A DNA stretch of 64,000 nt from an uncultured SAR86 cluster bacterium (GTDB lineage: Bacteria > Pseudomonadota > Gammaproteobacteria > Magnimaribacterales > AG-339-G14). The stretch spans positions 1,187 to 65,186 of the forward strand of contig CACOBG010000004.1 in NCBI GenBank assembly GCA_902625415.1, written 5' to 3'. This document shows, one piece after another, positions 18,451 through 27,612 of this stretch (its first letter is position 1; each line of letters begins with the position of its first letter). A program made the position numbers and the translations under genes. The notes beneath the pieces are model-generated. The model was not told the origin of the DNA, made no database searches, and saw only the letters and a list, made by a program, of their open reading frames with translations.

Positions 18451-18803
18451 TGAAAGGATTTACTTTAGTAGAGGTTCTCGTTTCGCTTTTTATTCTGTCA
18501 CTGGTTGCAGTCACAGGAATAACCTCGCTATCGTATAGTACAAAAACTATATCTTCATTAAGCGATGATTTTTATCGGGGGACTTTGGCAGAAAACATAA
18601 TCATTAGATCTTATTTTGATGAAAACTACCTGACCAACAATTTACTCACTCAAAGAGAAGAATTCATGGGTTATCCCTATATTTGGAATAGAAAGATAAC
18701 GATTGATCCAAAGCAGAATTCTTTAAATATCGAAGTAGAAGTCATTTCCGAAGAGACCGAAAAATCAACTAAATTGGAAATATACAAAGCAATCAATGAA
18801 TAA
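18450..18803 (+). CDS. gspI: Minor pseudopilin, GspI-like
   Basis: The tracked ORF starts at TTG 18441, but the ATG at 18450 overlaps the gspG stop (TAATG) and gives MKG/FTLVEVLVSLFILSL. The length of about 117 aa and the LEVLV motif fit GspI rather than GspH. Confidence 0.7.
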   Translation: MKGFTLVEVLVSLFILSLVAVTGITSLSYSTKTISSLSDDFYRGTLAENIIIRSYFDENYLTNNLLTQREEFMGYPYIWNRKITIDPKQNSLNIEVEVISEETEKSTKLEIYKAINE

Positions 18804-19404
18804 TTTAAAAGGTTATACGCTCGTTGAAGTTTTGATTGTCATGTCAATATTTTCATTGATAAGTCTTTTGTCTTTAACCTTTCTTAATACTTCGGTTTCA
18901 TCTTCAATCGGTATTAGTTCAAAATCTAAACTTCTTAATGAATTAGCTGTTTTTAGCGAGCTTCTAGAAGATGATTTATTTCATGTAGCCAAACAATTTC
19001 CAAGACCCAGTCAAATCGATCAGTTTCCAAGTTTTTTTAAGTTAAATAATAACTTTAGAGATGGCGAACCACTATTAGAACTAGTAAGAAATTCATCTTC
19101 CGATGGCTTAGATGATCTTGGGGCCATCAATAAAGTCATTTATAAAATAGAAGATAATGTTCTTTATAGAAATTTTTCAAATTTTTTAAATTCCTCTTAT
19201 GAGGCCAAGGCTTTTGCTTTGATTTCAGAAATTGAAGATTTAGAAATTAAAGTTTTGTATGAGAAAAATGAATATCTCACCTGGCCACCATTCAATGAAG
19301 CTGATTTAGATATTTATCCTACTTTGATGGAGGTCAACATTAAGTTTTCTGAGGGTAATTTCAAAAAAATACTATTCATAAGCGGAGATGACATTGTTGG
19401 ATAA
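18796..19404 (+). CDS. gspJ: Minor pseudopilin, GspJ-like
   Basis: 202 aa. Prepilin-type N-terminus MNNLKG/YTLVEVLIVMSIF. Size and position after gspI. Confidence 0.7.
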   Translation: MNNLKGYTLVEVLIVMSIFSLISLLSLTFLNTSVSSSIGISSKSKLLNELAVFSELLEDDLFHVAKQFPRPSQIDQFPSFFKLNNNFRDGEPLLELVRNSSSDGLDDLGAINKVIYKIEDNVLYRNFSNFLNSSYEAKAFALISEIEDLEIKVLYEKNEYLTWPPFNEADLDIYPTLMEVNIKFSEGNFKKILFISGDDIVG

Positions 19405-20374
19405 AAAATTCAAGGGCGCCGCCTTGATTATGGCGCTTTTTGTAACTGCAATCATCGCTTCAGTGAGTGCAGGTTTATTTTCCATGGTATCTACGAATCT
19501 TGAAAATGAAAAAAATATGATTAGTGAGCAGCAAGCAATCCTCACAACATTAAGTTTAGAATCCTTCACAAAAAAATATCTCAACAACAAAGAAAATAGA
19601 AACAATATTGTTCTTGCCGCAAATAATTTTTCTCAGAAGAGCCCAATAAACCTTCCTTTGGAAAGAGGAAATCTCGAAGCAAATATTGTTGATATGGGCC
19701 AATGCTTTAATTTGAATTCCTTGATCTCTATATCGGCAACAGGTGAAGAAACTGCTAATCAAGAAAATTTAGAATTTTTCAAAAATCTCATGAAGAGCTT
19801 GTTTATCCAAGACCAAAAAATTGAAGAAATTTCTCCTGCTGTAATTGATTGGCTTGATAAAGATTTTTTCCCAGATTCCTATCTTGGCGTAGAGGATGAC
19901 TATTATAGAAATGAAAAACCTTCGAGATTGACTTCAAATCAGTTCTTTTTTGATATTACAGAACTTAGAGATGTAAAAGGCATGACAGAAGAGATCTTTC
20001 AAAAATTAAAACCCTATATATGTGCCTTCAATTCCGTTGAAACAAAAATTAATATAAATTCGTTAAATCCTTTTTATCCGAATATCTTGGTGGCTCTTAG
20101 TTCAAATACTCTCAGCGATCTTGAAGCAAGAAACATTTTGAATAGCAAACCTTTGGGAGGGTATTCGTCAGTTTCAGATTTCTTAAATCAACAAGAAATA
20201 AAAACAGCTTTTTCCAGTAAATTTTCCAAATCAAATCTAACCCTGGAGACAAAATATTTTATTTTAAATACAAACATAAAAATTGATGACAAAGATTTTC
20301 ATCTTAAAAGTCACATTTTCATATTAAATGAATCTCCTAAAGTGATTCGTCGAAAATTCGGAGAGTATTTGTGA
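19388..20374 (+). CDS. gspK: Minor pseudopilin GspK
   Basis: 328 aa. N-terminus KGAALIMALFVTAIIAS (GspK-type, no Glu5). Size and synteny. Confidence 0.8.
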   Translation: MTLLDKKFKGAALIMALFVTAIIASVSAGLFSMVSTNLENEKNMISEQQAILTTLSLESFTKKYLNNKENRNNIVLAANNFSQKSPINLPLERGNLEANIVDMGQCFNLNSLISISATGEETANQENLEFFKNLMKSLFIQDQKIEEISPAVIDWLDKDFFPDSYLGVEDDYYRNEKPSRLTSNQFFFDITELRDVKGMTEEIFQKLKPYICAFNSVETKININSLNPFYPNILVALSSNTLSDLEARNILNSKPLGGYSSVSDFLNQQEIKTAFSSKFSKSNLTLETKYFILNTNIKIDDKDFHLKSHIFILNESPKVIRRKFGEYL

Positions 20375-21504
20375 GCGATCAAAAAATATCTTTTTATGAT
20401 GAATCATTAAATATTTTGTTTTCTTCAGAAACATCAAGTGATGAAGAAAGTTCAATTTTCAAGGTAAATTCCAATAAGGAAGATATTGCTATCATTGCTT
20501 CCAATGACTTTTCTTTTTATAAATTTGATTTACCCACCACTTCTCAAAGGAATTTAAGAAAAGTCATTCCCTTCATGTTGAGTGAAGAAATACTTGGTGA
20601 AGTTGAAGATTATTTTTGGATCCAAGGCAGTCAATCAGAAATAGTTGGAATCATTGAACATCAAAAAATTCAGGAAATAAAAGATAAATTAGATTCTAAA
20701 GTTAGCAAATTAATTCCTATTCAAGCTTTATCTTCTTCTATAGAAAATCTATTAGTGATTCTCGGCGATAAAGCATTTATTTCTCTACAAGATAATTGGT
20801 ATTGGTTTGCAGATAAAAAATCAATTTTAAATACTTTGGCACTTACCTTAAGAAAATATGAAATAAAGAATCTTAATATTTGGGCTACTGAAAAAAAATT
20901 AGATCTTCCTAACTTAGATATCGATACCGAAGAAAAATATTTCTCCTCTACGAAAGATTTGTTGAACGAATTTTCTCAAATATTGGATATAAAAAATTCT
21001 ATAAATTTTTTCAGTAAAGAATACGAACAGAAAATAGATTGGCGATCAATTTTTCTTCGTTATAAGTTTTATGGATACTCAACCCTGGCCTTTTTTGGTA
21101 TTTTTCTTCTTTCTTCAATCGTTCAGTTTTCTTACTTAAACGTTTCTAATAATTTGTTGAAAAATAAAATCATAGATACTTTTAAAGAAAAATTTCCCTC
21201 TGAGACTCTTGAATCCGATCTCATCAGTCAGGTTAATGGTTTAATAAATCAGGGCCAAATAGATTATTCTGCTCTAAATGCAGTAAGTATTGTTTCTGAT
21301 GCAGTGAGCAATAGTGAAAATATTGTCTTAGTTTCTATTTCTTATGAGCGCTCAAGATTTATTATCGAGGTTCAAACCAATTCTTATGACCAACTTCAAG
21401 AATATGTTGATTTGGTAAACTCTTTGGGATTGAGCGTCAATCTAGGTGCTTCAAGAAGAGTCAATAATTTTATTCAAGGAGAGATAAGCATCAATGCGTT
21501 TTAA
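20371..21504 (+). CDS. gspL: Type II secretion system protein L
   Basis: 377 aa. Cytoplasmic domain, one central TM (YSTLAFFGIFLLSSIVQF), periplasmic domain. Position between gspK and gspM. Confidence 0.7.
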   Translation: MSDQKISFYDESLNILFSSETSSDEESSIFKVNSNKEDIAIIASNDFSFYKFDLPTTSQRNLRKVIPFMLSEEILGEVEDYFWIQGSQSEIVGIIEHQKIQEIKDKLDSKVSKLIPIQALSSSIENLLVILGDKAFISLQDNWYWFADKKSILNTLALTLRKYEIKNLNIWATEKKLDLPNLDIDTEEKYFSSTKDLLNEFSQILDIKNSINFFSKEYEQKIDWRSIFLRYKFYGYSTLAFFGIFLLSSIVQFSYLNVSNNLLKNKIIDTFKEKFPSETLESDLISQVNGLINQGQIDYSALNAVSIVSDAVSNSENIVLVSISYERSRFIIEVQTNSYDQLQEYVDLVNSLGLSVNLGASRRVNNFIQGEISINAF

Positions 21505-21946
21505 CTTTAATAAATTGTCAAACCGAGAACAGATACTTATTTTTGGTCTCATCATTTTGATATTCATTTCAGCTTTGATATTTGTTATTTCTTGGCTTAA
21601 TACTAAAAACCAATCTTTAGAAAAGGAAAATCAAAATATCGTAAGTCGACTTAACTATATTGAGTCTATACCTAGCTCGGTTTCATCAAATAGAAATCTT
21701 TATTCAGACAACATTTCTATTTTGGTAAATTCAACATCCAAAGAAAAAAATATCCAAATTGATAGAACGCAACCATTAAATGATAATTCAATGATGGTGT
21801 GGGTTAATGAAGTAAATTTTATTGATCTTTATAATTGGATGATTTTAATGGGCGAGCAAGGAGGAGAAATTGAAAAGATGAATGTCCGAAAATCCAAAAA
21901 AGATAAAGTTAATGCTCAAATATCAGTACTGTTAAAAACAAATTGA
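21494..21946 (+). CDS. gspM: Type II secretion system protein M
   Basis: 150 aa, single N-terminal TM bitopic protein. Overlaps gspL by 11 nt. Synteny. Confidence 0.65.
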   Translation: MRFNFNKLSNREQILIFGLIILIFISALIFVISWLNTKNQSLEKENQNIVSRLNYIESIPSSVSSNRNLYSDNISILVNSTSKEKNIQIDRTQPLNDNSMMVWVNEVNFIDLYNWMILMGEQGGEIEKMNVRKSKKDKVNAQISVLLKTN

Positions 21947-22662
21947 AAAAGTTTTTTTTAGCAACCTTCGTTCTCATATTCTTCATTGCTGGAATTACAA
22001 TTCTTAGGTTGCCTTTAAGTTTGGTTTCACCAACAGTAAAAGAATTATTTCCTCAAGTTAGTTATACCAGTATGGAAGGGACCATCTGGTCAGGAAGAAT
22101 TAATAACCTATCTTTTGCTGACGAATATCTAGGCAGTTTAAACACCAGTTTTAATTTGAGGAATTTATCTTTTTTGGTTGATGAAAGAGGTCTTTTCTTG
22201 GAAGGAAATATAAATTTGTTATCAACCATTTTAAACAACCAAGTTTCTCTGGAAGACGTAAATTTGAATCTAAATTCAAAGCGATTCTTAAGAAAAGTTC
22301 CGGTGATTTCATCTGTATCCGGCGAGGATATTTCAATCATTTTCGATATAAATGGTTGTTATTTTTCAGAAGGAACGATATCTGCCTCCTTAAGACAAAC
22401 AAATAAGTTAGATCAACTTTCCAATGCAAAGTTATCTGGGACCATCTCTTGTAAGGATACTAAGATGCTTGGCTCATTTTTTTCTATTCCGAAGGACGAT
22501 GTTTTAAAAGGAACCTTTGAATTGGATAAAGAACTTAATTATGTAGTGATTGCAAATTCAAAACGACTTTTTGCAAAGATAACATCATTTTTTGAGAGTG
22601 GTTTTACTTCTAGTCCAGATGTTAAACTAAGAGGAAATTTATTCGATTTTTTTCAAGATTAA
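21943..22662 (+). CDS. gspN: Type II secretion system protein N
   Basis: 239 aa. N-terminal TM anchor, last gene of the gsp run. Assignment mainly by size and position. Confidence 0.6.
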   Translation: MKKFFLATFVLIFFIAGITILRLPLSLVSPTVKELFPQVSYTSMEGTIWSGRINNLSFADEYLGSLNTSFNLRNLSFLVDERGLFLEGNINLLSTILNNQVSLEDVNLNLNSKRFLRKVPVISSVSGEDISIIFDINGCYFSEGTISASLRQTNKLDQLSNAKLSGTISCKDTKMLGSFFSIPKDDVLKGTFELDKELNYVVIANSKRLFAKITSFFESGFTSSPDVKLRGNLFDFFQD

Positions 22663-23541
22663 ATGCTAATAGGTAAAAATCCTCTTAACGAGGCTCCAGA
22701 ATGGTTTGTAAAAAATATCGCTGAACGTCCAGAAGAATGTTCAGTCATCGTTAATGGTGCCAATATAAAGTATTTTATTTGGGGAGATAAGTCCAAAAAA
22801 CCTCTGCTTCTGCTTCACGGTTACAACGCTCACTCATTTTGGTGGGATCATATCGCTCCCTCTCTTACTGAAAATCATTGTGTAGTTGGCCTTGATTTTT
22901 CTGGTATGGGAGAAAGCGACAGAAGAGAAGTATATTCTCAAGAAATTTTTGTCGATGATGTTAAGGGTGTGATCGATGACTTGTCTTGGAAATCTTGTAC
23001 TTGCATTGCTCATAGTATGGGCGGTTCCATAGCAACTTTAGCCACATCCATTTATCCAGATATCTTTGAACACTTAATTTTATTAGATTCTATGATTGTC
23101 ATACCTCCTAATGTTGCAGAAAGAATGTCCTCAAATAGACCATCTGCAAGATTGGTTGTTGCAAGTCCTGATTTAGAGACCGCAGTTGCAAGATTCAGGC
23201 TGACTCCGTCGCAACCTTGTAAAGACTATGTTTTAAGACATGTTGCAGAAAATTCATACACCGAAAAATCCGACGGTTGGTACTTAAAATCTGATCCAAC
23301 AATACCCAATACTTATAAATACAATGATCTGCATGATGCTTTTACAAAAATGAACTGTTCTCTTGATTATGTTTACGGTCAAGTCAGTCAATTGGTGACC
23401 CAAGAGGTTCTAGAGTACATGACTTATGTTGGAAATTTGGATGAAAAGAACATACATTCTTTGGCAGGAGCTATGCATCATCTTTTCTTAGATATGCCTG
23501 AGGAATTTACCGAATTAATGAAATCATTGCTTAAATCATGA
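22663..23541 (+). CDS. Alpha/beta hydrolase fold protein
   Basis: 292 aa. LLLHGYNAHSFWW oxyanion region and nucleophile elbow AHSMGG. No signal peptide. Starts on the nucleotide after the gspN stop. Confidence 0.8.
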   Translation: MLIGKNPLNEAPEWFVKNIAERPEECSVIVNGANIKYFIWGDKSKKPLLLLHGYNAHSFWWDHIAPSLTENHCVVGLDFSGMGESDRREVYSQEIFVDDVKGVIDDLSWKSCTCIAHSMGGSIATLATSIYPDIFEHLILLDSMIVIPPNVAERMSSNRPSARLVVASPDLETAVARFRLTPSQPCKDYVLRHVAENSYTEKSDGWYLKSDPTIPNTYKYNDLHDAFTKMNCSLDYVYGQVSQLVTQEVLEYMTYVGNLDEKNIHSLAGAMHHLFLDMPEEFTELMKSLLKS

Positions 23542-24758
23542 CGAAGCCTAGAGTAGAAGGTTTTTGTGATCCAGAATTTTCAAAATTAGAGGAAATCTTT
23601 GTTAAATCTGTTGAATCAGGTTTTGATGATGGTGCGGGTTTTGCTCTTGAGGTAGAGGGTAAAGAGGTTCTTAATCTTTGGGGCGGATATACTGATAAAG
23701 AACATAAAACAAATTGGCAAGAAAATACTTTAGTAAATGTATTTTCGGTAACCAAGGCAATGACTTCTACCTGCGCTCTTCAACTCATCGAGACTGGAAA
23801 ATTAGATACCGAAGCATTAGTTTCAGATTATTGGCCGGAATACTCTTGTGCCGGTAAAGAGCAAACAAAAGTAATAGACTTCTTAACTCACCGGTCTGGA
23901 ATGTTTGGTTTTCAAAAACCTTTGCCTCAGGACTCTTGGGAAGACTGGAATATGATTGTGGATAGGCTTGCTAAACAAGAGCCAATTAGAGAACCAGGTA
24001 CGACGCAAGGCTACCACGCCATGACATTCGGTTACTTGGTTGGAGAATTAGTAAGAAGAATTGATGGCAGGTCATTAGGAAATTATTTCAAAGAGGAGAT
24101 AGCAGATGAGTTTGATATAGATTTTATTATTGGTTTGGATAATGCAGACATAGAAAGGTGTGCAGATATGTTAATGCTATCTGGCAGACCCAATCCATTA
24201 ATACTTATCCTTTTATCATTGCCGAATTGGCTTTTACCGCAACAAATCAAAAATTTTAAAGAAACTCTAAGAAGTAAAGAATTCTCTAAAGCTTTTGTAG
24301 AAATTATGGAATCCGAAGGATCAGATTTTAGAACTTCTGATTACCCAAATTCAGATCCTTGGCGCAAAGCTGAAATACCCGCCGCAAACGGACATGGAAC
24401 GGCTTCAGGAATAGCAAAGTTCTTTGGCATACTTGCTAACGATGGTCAGCGCGATGGAAAAAAACTTCTTTCTCCTGAAATAATTGAACAAGCAACAACT
24501 GTAAGAACTTCCGGACCAGATTTGGTTCTTTTTCAGGCGCCTTATAAATTTGGATTAGGATACATGATCGATGCTCCATTTTCACCAATTGGTATGCGAG
24601 AAGGTATGTTTGGGCACACTGGTATAGCCGGTTCTGCAGGTTTTGCTGACCTCAACAACAAAGTAGGTTTTGGATTCACTAATAATCGCCAACACTCTTT
24701 AGGCAAGCTTTATCGAACTTCAAATAATCTTGCTAAGAAACTCTACGAGATTCTTTAA
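23538..24758 (+). CDS. Serine hydrolase, class C beta-lactamase/esterase (EstB-like) family
   Basis: 406 aa. SVTKAMTS (SxxK), later GHTGIAGS. No signal peptide. Confidence 0.8.
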   Translation: MTKPRVEGFCDPEFSKLEEIFVKSVESGFDDGAGFALEVEGKEVLNLWGGYTDKEHKTNWQENTLVNVFSVTKAMTSTCALQLIETGKLDTEALVSDYWPEYSCAGKEQTKVIDFLTHRSGMFGFQKPLPQDSWEDWNMIVDRLAKQEPIREPGTTQGYHAMTFGYLVGELVRRIDGRSLGNYFKEEIADEFDIDFIIGLDNADIERCADMLMLSGRPNPLILILLSLPNWLLPQQIKNFKETLRSKEFSKAFVEIMESEGSDFRTSDYPNSDPWRKAEIPAANGHGTASGIAKFFGILANDGQRDGKKLLSPEIIEQATTVRTSGPDLVLFQAPYKFGLGYMIDAPFSPIGMREGMFGHTGIAGSAGFADLNNKVGFGFTNNRQHSLGKLYRTSNNLAKKLYEIL

Positions 24759-24768
24759 TCACATTTAG

Positions 24769-25530
24769 ATGATTTTAGAACCCTATTTTTATCTTATTGC
24801 TATCTTTTCTGTATTTCTTCATGGAATGGGGAAAGGTGGGTTTATTGGAGCAGGTTCCTTTGGCTCACTGCTTGCTATACCAATGCTTTCAATTTTTATT
24901 CCTCCGTTTCAAGCGGTAGCAATACTTTTACTCCCTCTGATATTTATGGATCTAGTAACTGTTTGGAGATATCGCAGAATGTGGGATATCAAAATTTTAA
25001 AATTCATATTACCCCTAGCTTTTTTTGGAATCATTGTAGGTACGCTCTCGTTTAGTTATCTTTCAGAAGACAGCGTAAGAGTCATAATTGGTTTGATGGC
25101 AGTTATTTTCTGCCTTGATTATTATCTAAGAAAAAATTCTGCAGAACCTCGAAAACCATCCCTTTGGGGTTCCTATTTTTGGCCTTCCTTATCAGGATTC
25201 ACAAGTTTTTCGATTCATGCGGGAGGTCTTCCTTTAAGTTTTTATCTCTTGCCAATGAGGCTAGACAGAAGAATATATGTTGCCACAGCAGGACTTTTTT
25301 ATTTACTAATAAATTTATTCAAGATTTTCCCTTATGCCTATTTAGGTCAAATGAACTTTCCAAATATTTATACTTCTCTTTTGCTTTTACCTCTTGCGCC
25401 TATTGGGGTTTATGCAGGTGCATATTTAGTAGATAAAATTAACCAAGACTGGTTTTACCGCATAGGTTACTTTTGTACCCTTATCGCTGGGTTAAAGTTA
25501 GTTTATGATGGTTTGCAAAGTTACATGTAA
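24769..25530 (+). CDS. TauE/SafE family anion exporter-like membrane protein
   Basis: 253 aa, about 7-8 TM segments. Glycine-rich N-terminal helix GMGKGGFIGAG typical of the DUF81/TauE family. Confidence 0.7.
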   Translation: MILEPYFYLIAIFSVFLHGMGKGGFIGAGSFGSLLAIPMLSIFIPPFQAVAILLLPLIFMDLVTVWRYRRMWDIKILKFILPLAFFGIIVGTLSFSYLSEDSVRVIIGLMAVIFCLDYYLRKNSAEPRKPSLWGSYFWPSLSGFTSFSIHAGGLPLSFYLLPMRLDRRIYVATAGLFYLLINLFKIFPYAYLGQMNFPNIYTSLLLLPLAPIGVYAGAYLVDKINQDWFYRIGYFCTLIAGLKLVYDGLQSYM

Positions 25531-26270
25531 TGACCAAACTTAGTGTAAATATAAATAAGATTGCTTTAATTCGAAATTCAAGGAAAGGAAACAATCCTTC
25601 ATTAGAATTTTTCTCAAAAAAAATTATTGAATCGGGAGCCCATGGAATTACTGTTCATCCAAGGCCTGATTTAAGACATATAAGACCCGATGATTTATCA
25701 GATATCTCTTTGATAACCAAAGAGCTGGATGTGGAATTTAATATCGAAGGAAATCCTTATGAAGAGCGTCTTGGCGATTACCCTGGATTTTTAAATTTAA
25801 TTGATGCTGTAAAGCCATCTCAATGTACTCTCGTTCCAGATGACAGTAACCAACTCACTTCAGATCATGGATGGAACATACATTCTGAACAGAATAAATT
25901 GAAGGATGTCCTAACTTATCTTAAACAAAACAATATTCGAAGTAGTGTTTTTATTGATCCAGATATATCTCAATTAGATGCAGCAAAAGATATAGGTGTG
26001 GACAGAATAGAAATTTATACTGGTCCATTTGCCGAAGCTTTTGAAAAGAATGACGAAAATACTCTTGCTACTTATAGAGAGGCTATTGAATATGCAAATG
26101 ATATAAATATAGAGGTAAACGCCGGTCACGACTTGAATTTAAAAAATTTGGCTACATTATTATCTTATGGAGATATTAAAGAAGTATCTATAGGACACGC
26201 TTTAATATCGGAATCGTTAATTCATGGAATTGAGAATACCATTCAGAAATATACTAAAATAATCCAATGA
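25530..26270 (+). CDS. pdxJ: Pyridoxine 5'-phosphate synthase
   Basis: 246 aa. LSVNINKIALIRNSR, GITVHPRPDLRHI, NIEGNP, VNAGHDLN, EVSIGHALI. Confidence 0.93.
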   Translation: MTKLSVNINKIALIRNSRKGNNPSLEFFSKKIIESGAHGITVHPRPDLRHIRPDDLSDISLITKELDVEFNIEGNPYEERLGDYPGFLNLIDAVKPSQCTLVPDDSNQLTSDHGWNIHSEQNKLKDVLTYLKQNNIRSSVFIDPDISQLDAAKDIGVDRIEIYTGPFAEAFEKNDENTLATYREAIEYANDINIEVNAGHDLNLKNLATLLSYGDIKEVSIGHALISESLIHGIENTIQKYTKIIQ

Positions 26271-26581
26271 CTACAGAAGAAAAAATTAAATCTCAAATAG
26301 CAGATAATCAAATTCTTTTATATATGAAAGGATCTCCAGAACAACCCCAATGCGGTTTTTCGCAAAGAGCTACACAAATTTTAATGGCTTGTGGAAAAGA
26401 GTTTTCTTTTGTTGATATTTTGTCAAATCCTGAAATTAGAGAAACACTTCCGACAATTTCAAATTGGCCCACTTTCCCCCAACTTTACGTAAAGGGTGAG
26501 TTGATTGGTGGGAGCGATATTATGTTCGAAATGTATCAATCTGGTGAGATGCAGGAACTGATTGATTCATTAGAAGATTAA
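26267..26581 (+). CDS. grxD: Monothiol glutaredoxin (Grx4 family)
   Basis: 104 aa. KGSPEQPQCGFS active site and WPTFPQLYVKGELIGGSDI. Confidence 0.93.
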   Translation: MTTEEKIKSQIADNQILLYMKGSPEQPQCGFSQRATQILMACGKEFSFVDILSNPEIRETLPTISNWPTFPQLYVKGELIGGSDIMFEMYQSGEMQELIDSLED

Positions 26582-26584
26582 GAT

Positions 26585-27574
26585 TTAAATCTTAATCTCG
26601 AACCCAAATACAAAAGAAAAATCAGCTGAGGAATTTACTTTCAAGTCTTCAGAAAAGCCAAAATTAAAATATTTGTTTTTTGCAAACTCAAAAGTTGCAC
26701 CCAAACCAAAAACATAATATTCATCTCCTAAAGCCTTAAATTCTGATTTAATTTTTGGCTCAAAAACTTCAAAATTTATTTTGTAAATCAGAGGATTGAT
26801 AGCTTTCCTAGATAAAAAATATTGAGGCTTCCAAGACAATAGTACTTTCGAGAAATAACTTGTATTTCTTTCTCTTAATATAAAATTATGATTTTGGTTG
26901 ATTATTGAAACTCCAAAAACTGAGTTTATGACTAAATTATCTTTGAGATGATTTTTTAAGTTAAAAGCAATAAGCCCATCAAACTCATCATTTCCAAAAT
27001 ATTTTTTTTTGCTACCTGTAGGGATTTCTAAAGAAGTTATAAAATACAAATTACTTCTATTTTTTGAATAAAAATTCAATTTCGTTGAAATCTGAATATC
27101 TCCAATGCCGATATCAGAATCATGGATTCTTTCTTTATTGGAACCAGAAAGAATTTCAAAATTTATCTGACTTTTTGGTAAATCAACTCTTGAGCCGTGA
27201 GAAAGACCTAACAAATCATGCCATTGCTCGATAGGACTATCCAAAAAACCTCTGCTGAAAGAATAAATAGGCAAGCTGACATTCAAAGTTAAAATATCGG
27301 ATAATTTTCTAGCATAGTTGATCGAGGTTTTTGTAGTCTCGCCATCGAGAGTTAATTGATCCTTATTGATGTTTTCTATGACTGCAAAGGAACTATTTTC
27401 GACAGAAACACTCAAATGGTTTGTTTCTCGATAATTTCCTAAAGTTCTATTATCGAAATGAATAAATTTGAGCGTAAAGGGGTTATATGATGGAAAATTT
27501 AAAGGCGCATAAGGATCACCTAAAAGAGATAAGCTAAAAATTAATAAAAATGTAAAATATATTTTATTTATCAA
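26585..27574 (-). CDS. Uncharacterised outer-membrane beta-barrel-like protein (possibly DUF3187-type)
   Basis: 329 aa. Signal peptide MINKIYFTFLLIFSLSLLG and an alternating amphipathic strand pattern to the C-terminus (FSFVFGFEIKI). The family name is from memory only. Confidence 0.4.
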   Translation of the reverse strand: MINKIYFTFLLIFSLSLLGDPYAPLNFPSYNPFTLKFIHFDNRTLGNYRETNHLSVSVENSSFAVIENINKDQLTLDGETTKTSINYARKLSDILTLNVSLPIYSFSRGFLDSPIEQWHDLLGLSHGSRVDLPKSQINFEILSGSNKERIHDSDIGIGDIQISTKLNFYSKNRSNLYFITSLEIPTGSKKKYFGNDEFDGLIAFNLKNHLKDNLVINSVFGVSIINQNHNFILRERNTSYFSKVLLSWKPQYFLSRKAINPLIYKINFEVFEPKIKSEFKALGDEYYVFGLGATFEFAKNKYFNFGFSEDLKVNSSADFSFVFGFEIKI

Positions 27575-27612
27575 ACTATTTTATTCTTAAATTTATTAAA
27601 AATTAATCGCAA

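Noticed and set aside
18441-18803. Reading the 117-120 aa pseudopilin as GspH.
   Set aside because: The size and the GFTLVEVLV N-terminus fit GspI. It is followed by J-, K-, L-, M- and N-like genes in canonical order, so H is the missing member.
22663-24758. The two hydrolases fused to the end of the gsp operon as T2SS cargo.
   Set aside because: Both start without any signal peptide (MLIGKNPLNEAPEW.. and MTKPRVEGFCDPEF..), so they are cytoplasmic and cannot be Sec/Tat-dependent T2SS substrates. The adjacency probably reflects genome compaction.
25164-25436. A 90-aa same-strand ORF inside the TauE-family gene.
   Set aside because: It is an alternative frame of a well-supported membrane protein gene and has no independent signals.
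27575-27612. An ARG box upstream of argG.
   Set aside because: The 38-nt spacer is A/T-rich (TATTCTTAAATTTATTAA) but shows no convincing TGAAT..ATTCA palindrome.
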